Positions 30,452-41,802 are shown, numbered from the stretch's first letter. The stretch is 64,000 bases of DNA from Candidatus Eiseniibacteriota bacterium (GCA_963792585.1 CAWBWI010000002.1:346160-410159); one strand, 5' to 3'. The notes: generated from the sequence alone by a model not told the origin. Numbers and translations: made by a program.

Positions 30452-30916
30452 CTAGCTGGGCACAGTCAATGTGATATGAGTACCTGACACCAACAAGACC
30501 ACCCACACTCCAACAATCAATAATCCAAACGCCGCTGCGGTTCCCCCCAGGTCCGACTTCTTCCGCCCAATCTCGGAAATCTGCACGAGCGGAATTCGAG
30601 TCGTCGTATCCGGCACCGACACGGAACGAACATGACGAAATGCACCAGACACAACGATGATAGGATCTGGACGACATTCAATTCCCTCGAAGAGACACTC
30701 CAGTCGCTCGCCATCTATCAGCGAGATTCTGATGCGGTCCTTACGCACGAGACCATTGATCTTGCACTTGCTATCACTGGGCTGTTCATGGCCAGGGCCA
30801 TACAGCGTTCGCTCTCCAGTGCAATCAACGGCCCCGCAAAACACCAGCCCCAATATGGCCATGAGTATTACACGCATCCGAAGCCCGGGCGAGTAAGCTT
30901 GCTCACTCACTGCCAA
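30452..30916 (-). CDS. Hypothetical exported/membrane protein
   Basis: Hydrophobic segments at both termini; visibly lower GC region. Confidence 0.45.
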   Translation of the reverse strand: MAVSEQAYSPGLRMRVILMAILGLVFCGAVDCTGERTLYGPGHEQPSDSKCKINGLVRKDRIRISLIDGERLECLFEGIECRPDPIIVVSGAFRHVRSVSVPDTTTRIPLVQISEIGRKKSDLGGTAAAFGLLIVGVWVVLLVSGTHITLTVPS

Positions 30917-31070
30917 CGAGGATCACCCTTGGCTTCCCCACATCCATGCGGCTCCGTCACCATGAGAATATGCCCTTCCGAACGGATTCACTCCCTTGCT
31001 TCTCTACCCCTTCTCAAGGCTTTCCAATGTCGTCACAGTCCAAGGCTGCCATTGTTGATAGCGTACATTC

Positions 31071-31760
31071 CTAACGATATAACAGACGAAGTCGTCCCCA
31101 AGAAAGTGGCATCAGGGGAGTTGGAGATTCGAACGAACTCAGTTGATACGTGTCCGAGGTTATATACTGCACGCGTCCGATACCGTCCGTCCACCAATCC
31201 GTGCTCGCGTCAGGTCTCCGGGAGCGAGCATCTCGAACCACACCATCGAAGCTCACGGATTCAAACCCAGACGGAAGGTCCGGCCCCACATCAGGTAGTC
31301 CGATACCAAATGCCTCGTACGTCCCCGCCGGAACCGTCACGACGCCATCCTGATAAACTTCGAAACCAGCCCGATAATGGCCAACATAGGTCGTGCCTGG
31401 AAGAGCGTACAAGTCGAACTCCGAACTCCATGTCATGCCGACATGCAGCGGGGGAGCAACCAGGGTAATGGGAGGGTAGTAAAGATACCCAAATCCTTCG
31501 ACAGATCTGAAGAATCCCCAAATCATGACTGAGCCATCCGAATCCGTGGTGTAGTAACTTGCAAGCCCCTCGTTTTGGGTGCTGTCATGATACTCGAGCA
31601 CAGAGGTTTCCACGCCCCACCACGCCATTAGCCCTGCGACTAGCACCGTCTCATTCTCTCCGGCCAACCCACTATACGCCCAAGTCGTTCCAGCATCCAG
31701 CGGGAGATAGGTCTCGCCCCTTGAACGAGATGACAAACCAAACACGCAATTCAACAGCAT
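31071..31760 (-). CDS. Secreted beta-rich protein with C-terminal SWGRLRLLYR motif (start uncertain)
   Basis: YLPLDAGTTWAY, VTVPAGTYEA, WWTDGIGRV; ends PTPLMPLSWGRLRLLYR. Confidence 0.65.
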   Translation of the reverse strand: MLLNCVFGLSSRSRGETYLPLDAGTTWAYSGLAGENETVLVAGLMAWWGVETSVLEYHDSTQNEGLASYYTTDSDGSVMIWGFFRSVEGFGYLYYPPITLVAPPLHVGMTWSSEFDLYALPGTTYVGHYRAGFEVYQDGVVTVPAGTYEAFGIGLPDVGPDLPSGFESVSFDGVVRDARSRRPDASTDWWTDGIGRVQYITSDTYQLSSFESPTPLMPLSWGRLRLLYR

Positions 31761-32114
31761 CCACACCGCAAGGACGAATTGACCGCACCAACCCCTAGAT
31801 GGCCAGGGACAACCTAGGACACGATCCAGCCTCCTATCAGATTGGGTCACGCTCAGATGAAACCACAGGAGACCGCGACATCGGCGCACAGGTAGTGAGC
31901 ATTCCATGACGCAAGTCATCCTCTCGTCAATCCAAAATCCGTGTGGGCCTTCGCCCCTCTCTCGGATGTCCACAGAGAGTATATCACAGCCGACGGCAAA
32001 CGCTCCAACACCCAGTTGTCGTTCAGCAGTGCGCACGGCCGGCCAGATGGGATTCGGAAATCTCATGGGGCCAGGAGGTCCGGCAGGCCAGCCATCCGCT
32101 CAGCTGGGCATCCC

Positions 32115-34886
32115 TTATCTAACGAGCACCACACGCCGCGCCATCCGCCCCGTCCCCTTCCCCTCAATTGCAGCGTAGTAGATTCCAGATCCCACTCTCA
32201 TCCCCCTATCATCACGGCAATCCCAATCAAATGACCACACCCCGGGCTCAAGATCGACGCGACGCACTAACCTCCCGGCCACATCGTAGATGGCAAGGCC
32301 AGCATTCGTCTCTCTCGCTACCCATCCCTCCATCCGAACGCCGCCACCATTAACAACCGATCCGAATACGCGAAAAGACGGAATACCCGTCAGGGTGGCC
32401 TCCTCAGCCGATGCGGATTGGCAATCCCCAGATATGTCTGCGTGGAGGTCGAATGCATCCGGCGCATTCTCGTGTCCGCCCCCGTAAACAGCTAGGCGGA
32501 TCGATCCAGATCCGCTTATCCGGCTGTAGCTGAAGACGTACTTCCCGTTCACCGGCATACCTAGGTTAATCGCATAGCAACCGTCACCGCAACTCGTCGA
32601 TCCTTCAACCACAACGTTTCCGCTCACCCTGATCACTTTCGCCATGCCTGACTCCCCAAATTGCGCAGGAACATTAAACGCAATCGCCTCTCGGCTACCA
32701 TCCCCGCACATCCTGAACCGCCCAAGGTAGTCGCCCCAAAGGGGGGTGTCGAAGAACCCTATCGAAACGGTGGCAGGGGGCTCATTTCCCCAGCGCTGCT
32801 CCTGCGGATCCAAATGACATAGCATCCAATTGTGCTCCGTTTCTTCGTTCGTCGGAGCGGTTGGTGAACTCGTATGCGTATTGCCAATCCCGGTCGCTCC
32901 CAAAATGCCGCAGATCTGGCTCGGACAACCTTCCGGACATTCATCTCGCCCCTTCCCGAAATGACCTACAAATCTCAAGAACTCCTGTGGTCCCTCATTG
33001 TGGCCAGCCCAGTCACATCCATGCGCATCAAGTGCCGTGACATACTCGCCCATCGGCGTCAGCGTGTTGTAGTTGAAGAATGCGTGACTCCCAATCGGAT
33101 TTCCAGTAATGTTATAGTCCACAAAGTCCCACCGTCTGAAGTCGCAATCTCCGCCAGGGGGGTCCGCAATAATCTTGTATCGTTCAGCGTAGCGGTTGTA
33201 GCTCGCATGTGAATTCGCGGCGAGCCACACATGAAGGTGCGTATGTCCCTCATCGAAACCCTGCTGCATCTGCCAGTAGGTCGACTCATTCGTTGTAGAC
33301 CACCAGCAGTCGTCACTTCCTATAACCTCGCCACCATTGTGCTGGTAGAAGTTGACCACGGTTGGAACCCACTTATTGTTGCTCTGAACGGCGTAGAGGG
33401 AAACATGTTCCCAGTCGCCTTCGTGGTAACCGAGACCCCATTGGTCACTGGTGTCGTTTGAGTTGAACCAATACCAGTACTGCACAACGACACCCTCTGC
33501 ATAGGGGTAGACGTGGTAATAGATCGGCTGAACTGTTGAACCAGATGCGTGAATGTAATTGTTGTCGACATTCAGTACCCAGAAGAACACCGCGTCATCC
33601 CGGTACCCGAAGCTGTCATAAGCACAGTTGTTGCCAGTCACATGGAGTGGTACGGCCGGATAATCAGGGCCATAGATGCGTTGACCACCGATGTTGAAGG
33701 CTTCAAGACTCGCATGCTCCGTGATCGTCTCTTCCACATCGCCCAGTCCTTGTTGACTTTCCAAGTACCCATGTTTGTGCAAGACGGGCGAGAAGCGGCT
33801 GGCGAGTTGCGACTCCCGCGTAGCGTAGATGACATGCGTAATATCGCCGGTGCCAGGTTGCCACCGCACGATTATGGCGCCGTCGGCGGTCTCTGGGGCG
33901 AGCCAGCCAGCGTGGGTATGTTCCCACCAGCAGGGTGGGTCATCTCCATCAAAGTAGCAGGGTACATAATCGCGCACGGTCATTTGCGCTAGTCCGCTTC
34001 CGTCTGTGGTGAGGTGCCAAGGCTGATTGACGACCGATTCTTGGCATGGTTCGGTACAACCCGGCTCAGCGTTGCAGCATCGTGTCTCATTTCTTTGCTG
34101 TGTGATTGTCAGGCCGACTCCGGCCAGAGCGGCACCGGTTTCGGAATCTAGGACCCTGGCCTTATACGTAATCCACAGGGGTGGGTAGGCTGGCGAGTCG
34201 TCTGAGCCGCCCTCTCCTCCATCTGTTGAGGAGTCGCCGCCGTCCTGATCCATCACCGCATTTGCGGGGCAACTGTTCTGACCCGAAGCACCCCAGCGGG
34301 CAGTTCCGAATCCCGCCACGGGATCCTCTTCGGGCGGATCACCACCGTCCACAAACACCGCAATGTCAGTTGTGGGATACGTCCTCGTCCCGATGTACGC
34401 CCCCTCAAACCCATATGCGGCGAACCATTAGAAGGGGAAGAGCAGATCCGTCTTCGCTGTCGACCCGAATGACAGTAGGTTCCCGAAACCCGTCTCCGGC
34501 CATCCGGTGTCAGGCAGTTCCAACCCTCCGCACTTTTCGTACCGCTCGAAATACCCCTCGTTCGCCGGCAGGTTGTGCTCGATCCCGAACTGGATCGCTG
34601 TGACGGCTGGCGACGAGGTGTCGGGGAATGCCGCTAGCAGCCAGATCACAGCCGGCGTGTCCTCGTCCTTGTCGGTCCTCGTGATTGCGGCCTCGCACGA
34701 CGCGGGCAAGAAGCTGGTGGCGCAGTAGTCGTCAGTTCCAGTGTAGGTCACGGTGTCGTCCGTGTGAACGATCAGAGCGCCGTTGGCGTTCCGGCCGGCA
34801 ATCGCGAGATGGGTGCTCATCAGCGACAAAAGCACGATCGGGACCAGAATTCTCAACGGGTCTGGGTACGACGGTACGGGTCTCAT
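32115..34886 (-). pseudogene. ~920-aa secreted protein (HEGDWEH Vps62/NPP1-like region, C-terminal FlgD-like domain) with one in-frame TAA at 34428-34430
   Basis: ORFs 34428-34886 and 32115-34358 share a frame; signal peptide and AGGAGG RBS at 34886; QYWYWFNSN...HEGDWEH; AIYDVAGRLVR...WDCRDDRG...GSGIYY. Confidence 0.7.
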
Positions 34887-35349
34887 GCGGGCGGCCTCCT
34901 TCATTCCACGACATGGTAGGTGCGCCGGGTTGTCCCCGGGATCGCAGGAGCGAGGTTTGCTTGGATGATGATCGACCGTTTCTGCGGGGGTGGCTTGAAG
35001 GCACTGCGAGATATGAACGCGCCTTCGTCCTCTCGGACGAGGGGCGCACCCCGCGGCATAGCCATGTTTGCGGCTTTCATTGCGGCCCCAGGTTCTCAAC
35101 CTCGCATCTTCGCGTATTCGGTGATCGCCGTAGCCCCACAGCGACCAGCTCTGGAGAAGTCGCGAGTAGGATAGGTCAGATCAGGTGGGTCGTCCAACGG
35201 GATGTCGGAATGCCAGGGATACGGGGATCTTATGGGGTATCGCGTGCAGGCGAATGCGACGCCGGTCGTCGCTTCGGGAGCTGAGAGAGAAGGAAATCCG
35301 AGTTACCGCACGCGTGCACAATTTCAGGGCATTCGGCCACTGCGTTGCC

Positions 35350-35490
35350 CTATTCCTGAATCTCCAGCACCCCCCGCCCGTTCTCCTTCGTCCCGATGCC
35401 GCTCAGGATCGTGCGCAGCGCGTGGAGCGTCTTCCCCCGCTTCCCGATGACCTTGCCGAGATCGCTCTCGCCAACTCGCAGCTCGCAGAC
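35350..35490 (-). pseudogene. KhpA-like KH-domain fragment
   Basis: CELRVGESDLGKVIGKRGKTLHALRTILSGIG...VLEI; typical N-terminal half not evident. Confidence 0.65.
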
Positions 35491-36159
35491 CCGTCGTGGA
35501 GCAACCACGCCGTTGGCCCAGACCTGGCCGAGGGCTCGACGAAGCGCTGGGCGCATCGGCCCCATCGGCCCACTCCCAGTCTGGTGAGTGTCCGTCGCTA
35601 CGGGGTCCGATGATCAGATGGCGGAAGTCCGTTTCGAAGGAAAGATGTCGGCTCATGCATGAGGGTTCACATGTCCCAAGCCGGTCTGGATTTCGGGGCC
35701 ACCCGAAACGCCTCCGAGTCTTGGGCATTTCGGATGCCAATATATACTGACCCCGGATGTCCGGTATATGGATTCGGAGCGATCATAGACCACGCGTTCC
35801 GAGAGCTCACCCTCACGATGCCAAGCCGATGAGTGCAGACTGTCCCAAACTCCTGCCATTCAGAGGCATCTCTGGTGTCATACGCAGCACTCGGCTCACC
35901 TTCCTCCGATGGGGAAGTGCCGCCGCCATCTCTTGTCACCGAAGAAAGTTCCGGAAATAGCCACTCTCCGAGTGTCAATAGTTGCGCGCGCGTGAGACCT
36001 CGCAGGGTGTAGCCGGGCATGGGACGGCATCGGGTAGGCTTCCCAATCCGCCTCTCGGCCGCCTAGGTTGATCTGAGTCGGTGAGACCGCTCATGTTGAC
36101 CACGTCCACTGCTGGGAATCGGACCTGATGGCCCCCCATTGACGATCTCCGCGACGGCG

Positions 36160-37665
36160 CTATCTCTCATAAAACACTTGCGACACAGCCAGGTCACACC
36201 TCGGATCGAGTTCAGTCACCGGCCAGCCCAGCGTGTGAAGTAGTAGCCGTTCAGTAAGCGCACGAATTCGAACCCCAGCAACGTGCATCGCATCAGAGTC
36301 CGTAACCAACGCACTGTGGACAAGGGCGTTCCGTATCTTGGTCGCCCGTCCGATGATCTCTTCAAATGGAAACGAGGAAATGTTGCCTACCTCGATCTTC
36401 AACACCTCGACCGTGCTGATAATCCTCTCCGCAATTGGTCGCCGCAACAGTTCGCCCAGTTTCTTCCTGGCCACGTCCGCGGCTTGTCCACATCCAGGTA
36501 TCGCCGCCAGCTCGCCCAGGAACTCATCGATCTTCCGTTTGATCTTCGGCGTGAGTCGCTTCTTCCGGTCATGATCACATAGTTCGATCGTCAACTCGAG
36601 CGCTGCGAACGCAAGAATGAAGCTCGCCTCGAGCAAGTCTTCGGTATATGAGGTCGAGAGGAAGGAAACGGCTCTCGACATTCGATCATCATCATTTGCG
36701 GTGGTCCATGCATCCAGAAGGCGCTGGAAGCCGCCTCCCATGAGGTGTCTAAGATCAATGAGCGGTCTGTCCCACTCCCCGAGTTCCCGAGTTGGACGTC
36801 GGAATCTGACGCATGCATTCAATGGTGGCCGATCCATGGACTCGGTCCACTCCTCGGAGTACCGAATGTCGTAGAACTGGACAGGAAGCCGAAAACACAT
36901 GGACAGGATTCTGCAAGCTACGGTGAGCTCCGCGACGAGCCGCCCGTGCGCCTCCGTCAGCGTCGAACCCGGTGCTAGCGCGATCTCTCCGGAAATAGCT
37001 GTGCCTTGTGTAGAGACCCTGATGTCGTTTCCGAACTTACGGTCGCTATGGTACTGGAACGCTTCCGCGATCTCTCGCCCTCCAAATCCGCTTTCAAACT
37101 CCACGACCCCACTCCCTGCGCCCTTGACCTCGATCGCCCCGTTTGGGTGAGGGGAAACTATGCATGGTCTGGTCGCAATGCCACTCGGCGTCAATTGCGC
37201 ATTGAACCAGTACCGCGTCGGAGTGGTGGGTGGTGGAACCTGAAAGTCGATTCGAACTTCGTCCACAACGAAGATAGCCCGGGAGCCATCCATCTGATGC
37301 CAGAATGCCCTCGGAAACTGGATGGATCTTGCTCCATTCTCAAGATCTCGGATCAGCAGTTCATCGCCCTGATGCGCTTTGAGATATTCCTCTGTCGCAC
37401 AGACCTCGTTTGAATCTCCTAGAAGCTCGCACTCCGCCAGGATCTCACTAGGGTTGCTCTGATCCCACGCAACGTGGGCAATCACCCTGTGCGCTACCTT
37501 GCCATCGGCGATTGCGCCCTGAACCCGGTGTCGAACTCTCTCCGGATCTAGCATGACATTCCCCGCGGCCTCCCAATTCTCATCGCTGAATGCGGCGTCC
37601 CTCTCCCACTCGATGAAGTCCTCGCCATCCGCTAGGCGTACCGCGGGCGGCTGCGAGTCGCACAT
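36160..37665 (-). CDS. HEPN protein (ApeA-like)
   Basis: FILAFAALE helix and C-terminal RNALVH motif followed by LTERLLLHTLG. Confidence 0.6.
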   Translation of the reverse strand: MCDSQPPAVRLADGEDFIEWERDAAFSDENWEAAGNVMLDPERVRHRVQGAIADGKVAHRVIAHVAWDQSNPSEILAECELLGDSNEVCATEEYLKAHQGDELLIRDLENGARSIQFPRAFWHQMDGSRAIFVVDEVRIDFQVPPPTTPTRYWFNAQLTPSGIATRPCIVSPHPNGAIEVKGAGSGVVEFESGFGGREIAEAFQYHSDRKFGNDIRVSTQGTAISGEIALAPGSTLTEAHGRLVAELTVACRILSMCFRLPVQFYDIRYSEEWTESMDRPPLNACVRFRRPTRELGEWDRPLIDLRHLMGGGFQRLLDAWTTANDDDRMSRAVSFLSTSYTEDLLEASFILAFAALELTIELCDHDRKKRLTPKIKRKIDEFLGELAAIPGCGQAADVARKKLGELLRRPIAERIISTVEVLKIEVGNISSFPFEEIIGRATKIRNALVHSALVTDSDAMHVAGVRIRALTERLLLHTLGWPVTELDPRCDLAVSQVFYER

Positions 37666-37793
37666 AGCATTGCGACAGTCGATAGACTCGCTCGTAGATT
37701 GAAAAGGTGCTCAGTTCCCCTTCCTGCTCCTCCCCTCAAACAGGTCCATCGTCTCCCCACCGGTTCGCGTATCGCCCATCGAATCGACCCCTT

Positions 37794-38138
37794 TCAAGCA
37801 GTAGGAGATTCCGGCATTTGAACGAATACTGCGAATCTAATTCGGCTCACGACTGAAGATGTTGTGCCGCCCCCCGCCTCGGCGCCAAACCCAAAAGAGA
37901 GAACCCCGATCCTGCCCTTGGCCCCAATACCTTCGGCAGACGCAACGGCCACGTCGAATTCAACTCGCTGGGCAGACGCGCTGCCCCGGTCGCCGACTTC
38001 CCCAAAGCCGTCCGCGCGGACGCTATAGATCCTCGGATTGATGACGGCTCCACGCCCTCCGGTCGCGGCCTGGGCGTCAGCGATTCCTCCGATGATCTGA
38101 GCTAGCGTCTCGCTCACAAATTCGCGGAGTTCTAACAT
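37794..38138 (-). CDS. Trypco2-like small protein
   Basis: ELREFVSETLAQI...VEFDVAV...SRIRFAV pattern. Confidence 0.55.
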   Translation of the reverse strand: MLELREFVSETLAQIIGGIADAQAATGGRGAVINPRIYSVRADGFGEVGDRGSASAQRVEFDVAVASAEGIGAKGRIGVLSFGFGAEAGGGTTSSVVSRIRFAVFVQMPESPTA

Positions 38139-38270
38139 CCTCACTTCCGCCCTTTCATCTTCGTCGCACGGAATCGCTCCATGTTCCTCTCTCAGTCCTC
38201 GCCTACGGCGCCTCCTTCAAGGTCGCGTCGACGCGCGCGGGCGGTTAGTCAACTGGCGTCTTTTCCGCTC

Positions 38271-38801
38271 CTACGGGAGCCGCAGAGAGTGATCCTGCCC
38301 GATCGGAGGCATCTTCGTCTCGATGAAGTCCTTGGCGTCGGCCTCAGTCATGTCTTCGGTTGTCGCGAGCATGTGTGCAGAATATGGTTTGCCGTCGAAG
38401 TCAAATCCGAGAAGTAACCCAAGAAGCCTCTGGGTAACCCCTGGTACCGGTTCCGGGAAACGCGCTTGCCACCGTTCGTTGTGGTTGGAACCAATAACCA
38501 GCAAGAGCAGATGACCGTGTTCGAAAACCACGTCACCCTTGTACTTGAGCAACTTCTCCTGCCCGATTGTCTCGACCTTGATTCCCCCAAGAACGGCGCG
38601 CCTGATCTTCAGATGCTGATGTCTAAACTGAATCTGCCCCGAAGAGCGTGAGTAGTGGTAGGTATGCCAATCTCCTGCCATGACATGAGGACGCCACCGG
38701 GCTACCACCACGTACCTTCCGCACCTCCAGAGATTCGGAAGCTGCCAGCCAATGGCCGCACCTACCAACGACTGGACAAGGAGCGTTTCAACGCTCGACA
38801 C
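38271..38801 (-). CDS. Hypothetical protein (N-terminal hydrophobic helix, beta-rich body)
   Basis: GGAGGA RBS; same strand as neighbouring cargo genes. Confidence 0.55.
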   Translation of the reverse strand: MSSVETLLVQSLVGAAIGWQLPNLWRCGRYVVVARWRPHVMAGDWHTYHYSRSSGQIQFRHQHLKIRRAVLGGIKVETIGQEKLLKYKGDVVFEHGHLLLLVIGSNHNERWQARFPEPVPGVTQRLLGLLLGFDFDGKPYSAHMLATTEDMTEADAKDFIETKMPPIGQDHSLRLP

Positions 38802-38871
38802 TTGACCATTCCTCCGATCAACATTCGCCCGTCCTGGTCAATTCACCACATTCGGATTCGTATCCGGACTC

Positions 38872-41802
38872 TCAGCGACACCCCTCCATGGCCCGTGCCA
38901 GATTCATCTTGAGCAGCTTCGCCAGGATCTCCTCATCTCCCATCGCGGGATTCCAGCCGTAGGCCGCAAACACGGCAGCATTGAGCCTCTCGTGGGCCAG
39001 CGCGAGCCACGTCGGCCTCTCGTTGTAGAGGTTCGTCAGCGTGTGCTTCGCGAGCTTCCCGGCGCATTCGTCATCGCGGGCGACGAGGCGTGGGTACCTG
39101 ACCGTGCCGATGCCGTGCGCGTCGGGGTCGTGCACGTACCGAGCCCAGGGACCGGTCGTCGACCCTGGGAATTCGAGCACCTCCTCGCGGACCCACTCGG
39201 GCGGGTTGAGCCATCGTGAGCGCAGTTCGTCCAGCTCCCGGGCAGCAGCCGCGATGGCCTGGACCTTCGGGTCGTCCTGCGGCTCGGTGCCGGACGGCCA
39301 GGGGAACGGGAAGGTCTCGAAGCAGGTGGTTGGCGTGTAGCGGAATCCGCTCTCACGCTCGCGCACTTGCGTCCCTTGCGCACGAGCCCAGACCTCGTGG
39401 AGGCGCGAGTGAAGGACGCCGAAGAAGTAGTCATCTGAGCGTGGGAATGCGAAGAGCTGGTGATCTGGCAAGGTCGGTGCCTGCATCCATACGAATAGGC
39501 GGTGTTTCGAGACGGCTACTGTAGTGATGAACCGCGGTAGCGGGAGCAGAGCCTCGCGCATGTCCGATCGGGGCCTGACGTGCCGCCACCAGGCCTGCTC
39601 AGCTTGGGTTCGCCGCATCGCCTCCCACGTCCGCCGAACTGCCGTCTCTATGTGCCGGAAGGGACGCTCGTATCCAGCTGCCGACGTCAGATCCCTCGTC
39701 GTCCCGTAGTCTATGATCCAGTAGCTCCGAGAGCGTCGCGTTAGGTCGAGCCCATTGACCCAAGGCACGATCACATCGGAGTTCGGTCGCCCGTTTGGAT
39801 TAGGGCCAGGGAGCAGTTCGACTGCGGTCATTTCAGGGATCTCGAATGATCCGCCCTTCGTATCCCCCATGAAGACCAAGCCCGCGTTTTCGATGAGCGA
39901 CCGCGCAGTGCAGACGTCCGTCGCGCTGCCGAGGTTCGGGTTGATCGCCGCAACGGGCCTTCCGTCCAGCCGCCTGGAGCAGTCCTGGCCTTGGTCGAAT
40001 CCAACCATCGATACATGCACGTTCGCACCATCCAGAACCCACTCTCGATCGCTCTCGGCAAAGTAGATGTCTCCCGTTTCCTTGATGCGTGTCAGAACCT
40101 CCCGGTTCGCTCCGCCACGGATTCCCTGCGTGGCGAGTAGCCCACCTCGTGCACAGTGGCCCCCCTGGATGTGCGCCCGCGCCTTCTCAAACCAGTAGCA
40201 GCAAAGGTCGGCTTCACGCGGGACTCGGTCGATCCAGGTGCGAAAGAGAGCATCAACGTAGTCGTCCCCGAGCCCCCGCCTCATCAGTTTCCCGCCCAGG
40301 AATGGCGGATTCCCCACGATGAAGTCCACCGCCGGCCATTCAGGCTCTTTCGGATGCTCCGGATCGCTCAGGTCGAGAATCGCGTCCATGCACCGGAACG
40401 TGTCCATGGGCCTCAAGATGGGATCCGGCCCAACTTCGAAGCCGTTGAACTTAACCCATTGCAGGTAGCCGATCCAGACGGTCATCTGGGCGAGCTCGAA
40501 CGCGTACGGGTTGATCTCGATGCCGTAGAGTTGCCACGGCCCGACGCCCGGGAAGTAGCTGGGCAGGTCATGTTCCATCGCCCAGACGACGACCTCCTTC
40601 TCGAGGTCCTTGAGCTTCTGGAGCGTGACGTAGAGGAAGTTTCCCGATCCGCAAGCCGGGTCGAGGACCTTCACGGCGGCTAACCGCCGGAGGAATCGAT
40701 CCAGGCGGATGTCCGCCTCGAGCCGCGCCTTCTCGAATACCTTGCCCGTGGGCTTCTTCTCGCCGCCCTTGGGCTGCTTCGCTCCGGTCGTCAGCACGTT
40801 CTCAACGACACGGCGGACATCGTCCCACTCTCGCCGCAGCGGCTGCATGACGACTGGCTCGACCAGGGTCTCGATGTCCTGGCGGCTGGTGTAGTGCGCC
40901 CCGATCTGGGATCGCTTCGCCGGGTCCAGCCCGCGCTCGAATAGCGTCCCGAAGATCGATGGCTCCACGGCGCTCCACTCCAGCTGGGCGGCTCGATAGA
41001 TGCGGTCGATCGCGTCTTCGCTAAGCTTCAGGGGCTTCCCATCGCTGAACAGGTTGCCGTTGAAGTACCGGATCTCATCGGCCCCGAAGTCGCCGCCCTT
41101 CGCCATCGCTCCGAATAGCATCTCGAGCTGGCGCTGGAAGCGGTCGGGATCGTGCCGGGACTTCTCCACGATGCGCGAGAAGATCTTCGGCGGGAGCAGG
41201 CCGATGTCCTCGGCGAACAAGCTGAAGATGATCTGATCGAGGAACCGGGCCACGTCGAGGGGATCGTGGCCGGCATTCCGGAGCGACTGCGCGATCTCGG
41301 CCAGGTGGGAGGCAGCCTCCTCGGTGATCGCCGCACTCGTTGCACCAGGCTTGAGCTTCTCGGGCTCGTTGAAGGTCGCGCGGAGGATTTCCAGGCTGCG
41401 GGAGTTGTCGAGCTCCTCGATGCGAATCTCGTGGATGACGTTCGGGGTGTTAGTGAAGTTGGTGTGGACCACGATACGGTCCATGTCGCAGACGACGAGC
41501 AGGGGTGGGTTTTCCAGCGCCTCGCGGTACTTCAGAAGCTGTTGGTAGGCGGCGTCGAGATCCTTGTGCTTGCCCTTGTACTCCCAGCCGAAGAACCCGC
41601 GCTTCCAGACGTCGGCCCAGCCTTCACCACCGCCGGTCTTCGCCGCCCCGCGCTCGAAGGTGAACCACTCGCCAGTCGGGTCAGCCTCTGCCGGCTTGGG
41701 ATGGCCAAGGACCTCGCAGAGGTCTAGGAAATGCTGCTGCGAGGCCGATCGCTCCGTCAGGGCGACCCGCCTCCACTTGGCGACGAACTGGGAGACGTTC
41801 AT
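38872..41802 (-). CDS. MmeI-like type II single-chain restriction-modification / N6-adenine methyltransferase
   Basis: ADVWKRGFFGWEYKGK, FNGNLF, GAHYTS, LDPACGSGNFL, GNPPF, FFGVLHSRLH, RYTPTTCFETFPFP. Confidence 0.9.
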   Translation of the reverse strand: MNVSQFVAKWRRVALTERSASQQHFLDLCEVLGHPKPAEADPTGEWFTFERGAAKTGGGEGWADVWKRGFFGWEYKGKHKDLDAAYQQLLKYREALENPPLLVVCDMDRIVVHTNFTNTPNVIHEIRIEELDNSRSLEILRATFNEPEKLKPGATSAAITEEAASHLAEIAQSLRNAGHDPLDVARFLDQIIFSLFAEDIGLLPPKIFSRIVEKSRHDPDRFQRQLEMLFGAMAKGGDFGADEIRYFNGNLFSDGKPLKLSEDAIDRIYRAAQLEWSAVEPSIFGTLFERGLDPAKRSQIGAHYTSRQDIETLVEPVVMQPLRREWDDVRRVVENVLTTGAKQPKGGEKKPTGKVFEKARLEADIRLDRFLRRLAAVKVLDPACGSGNFLYVTLQKLKDLEKEVVVWAMEHDLPSYFPGVGPWQLYGIEINPYAFELAQMTVWIGYLQWVKFNGFEVGPDPILRPMDTFRCMDAILDLSDPEHPKEPEWPAVDFIVGNPPFLGGKLMRRGLGDDYVDALFRTWIDRVPREADLCCYWFEKARAHIQGGHCARGGLLATQGIRGGANREVLTRIKETGDIYFAESDREWVLDGANVHVSMVGFDQGQDCSRRLDGRPVAAINPNLGSATDVCTARSLIENAGLVFMGDTKGGSFEIPEMTAVELLPGPNPNGRPNSDVIVPWVNGLDLTRRSRSYWIIDYGTTRDLTSAAGYERPFRHIETAVRRTWEAMRRTQAEQAWWRHVRPRSDMREALLPLPRFITTVAVSKHRLFVWMQAPTLPDHQLFAFPRSDDYFFGVLHSRLHEVWARAQGTQVRERESGFRYTPTTCFETFPFPWPSGTEPQDDPKVQAIAAAARELDELRSRWLNPPEWVREEVLEFPGSTTGPWARYVHDPDAHGIGTVRYPRLVARDDECAGKLAKHTLTNLYNERPTWLALAHERLNAAVFAAYGWNPAMGDEEILAKLLKMNLARAMEGCR

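Noticed and set aside
35667..36020. 117-aa ORF as a real gene
   Set aside because: No recognisable motif or clear RBS; could be a remnant, so left uncalled
39536..39545. GGTAGCGGGA as an internal attachment site
   Set aside because: Only a 9-nt match, inside an intact methyltransferase ORF; expected by chance
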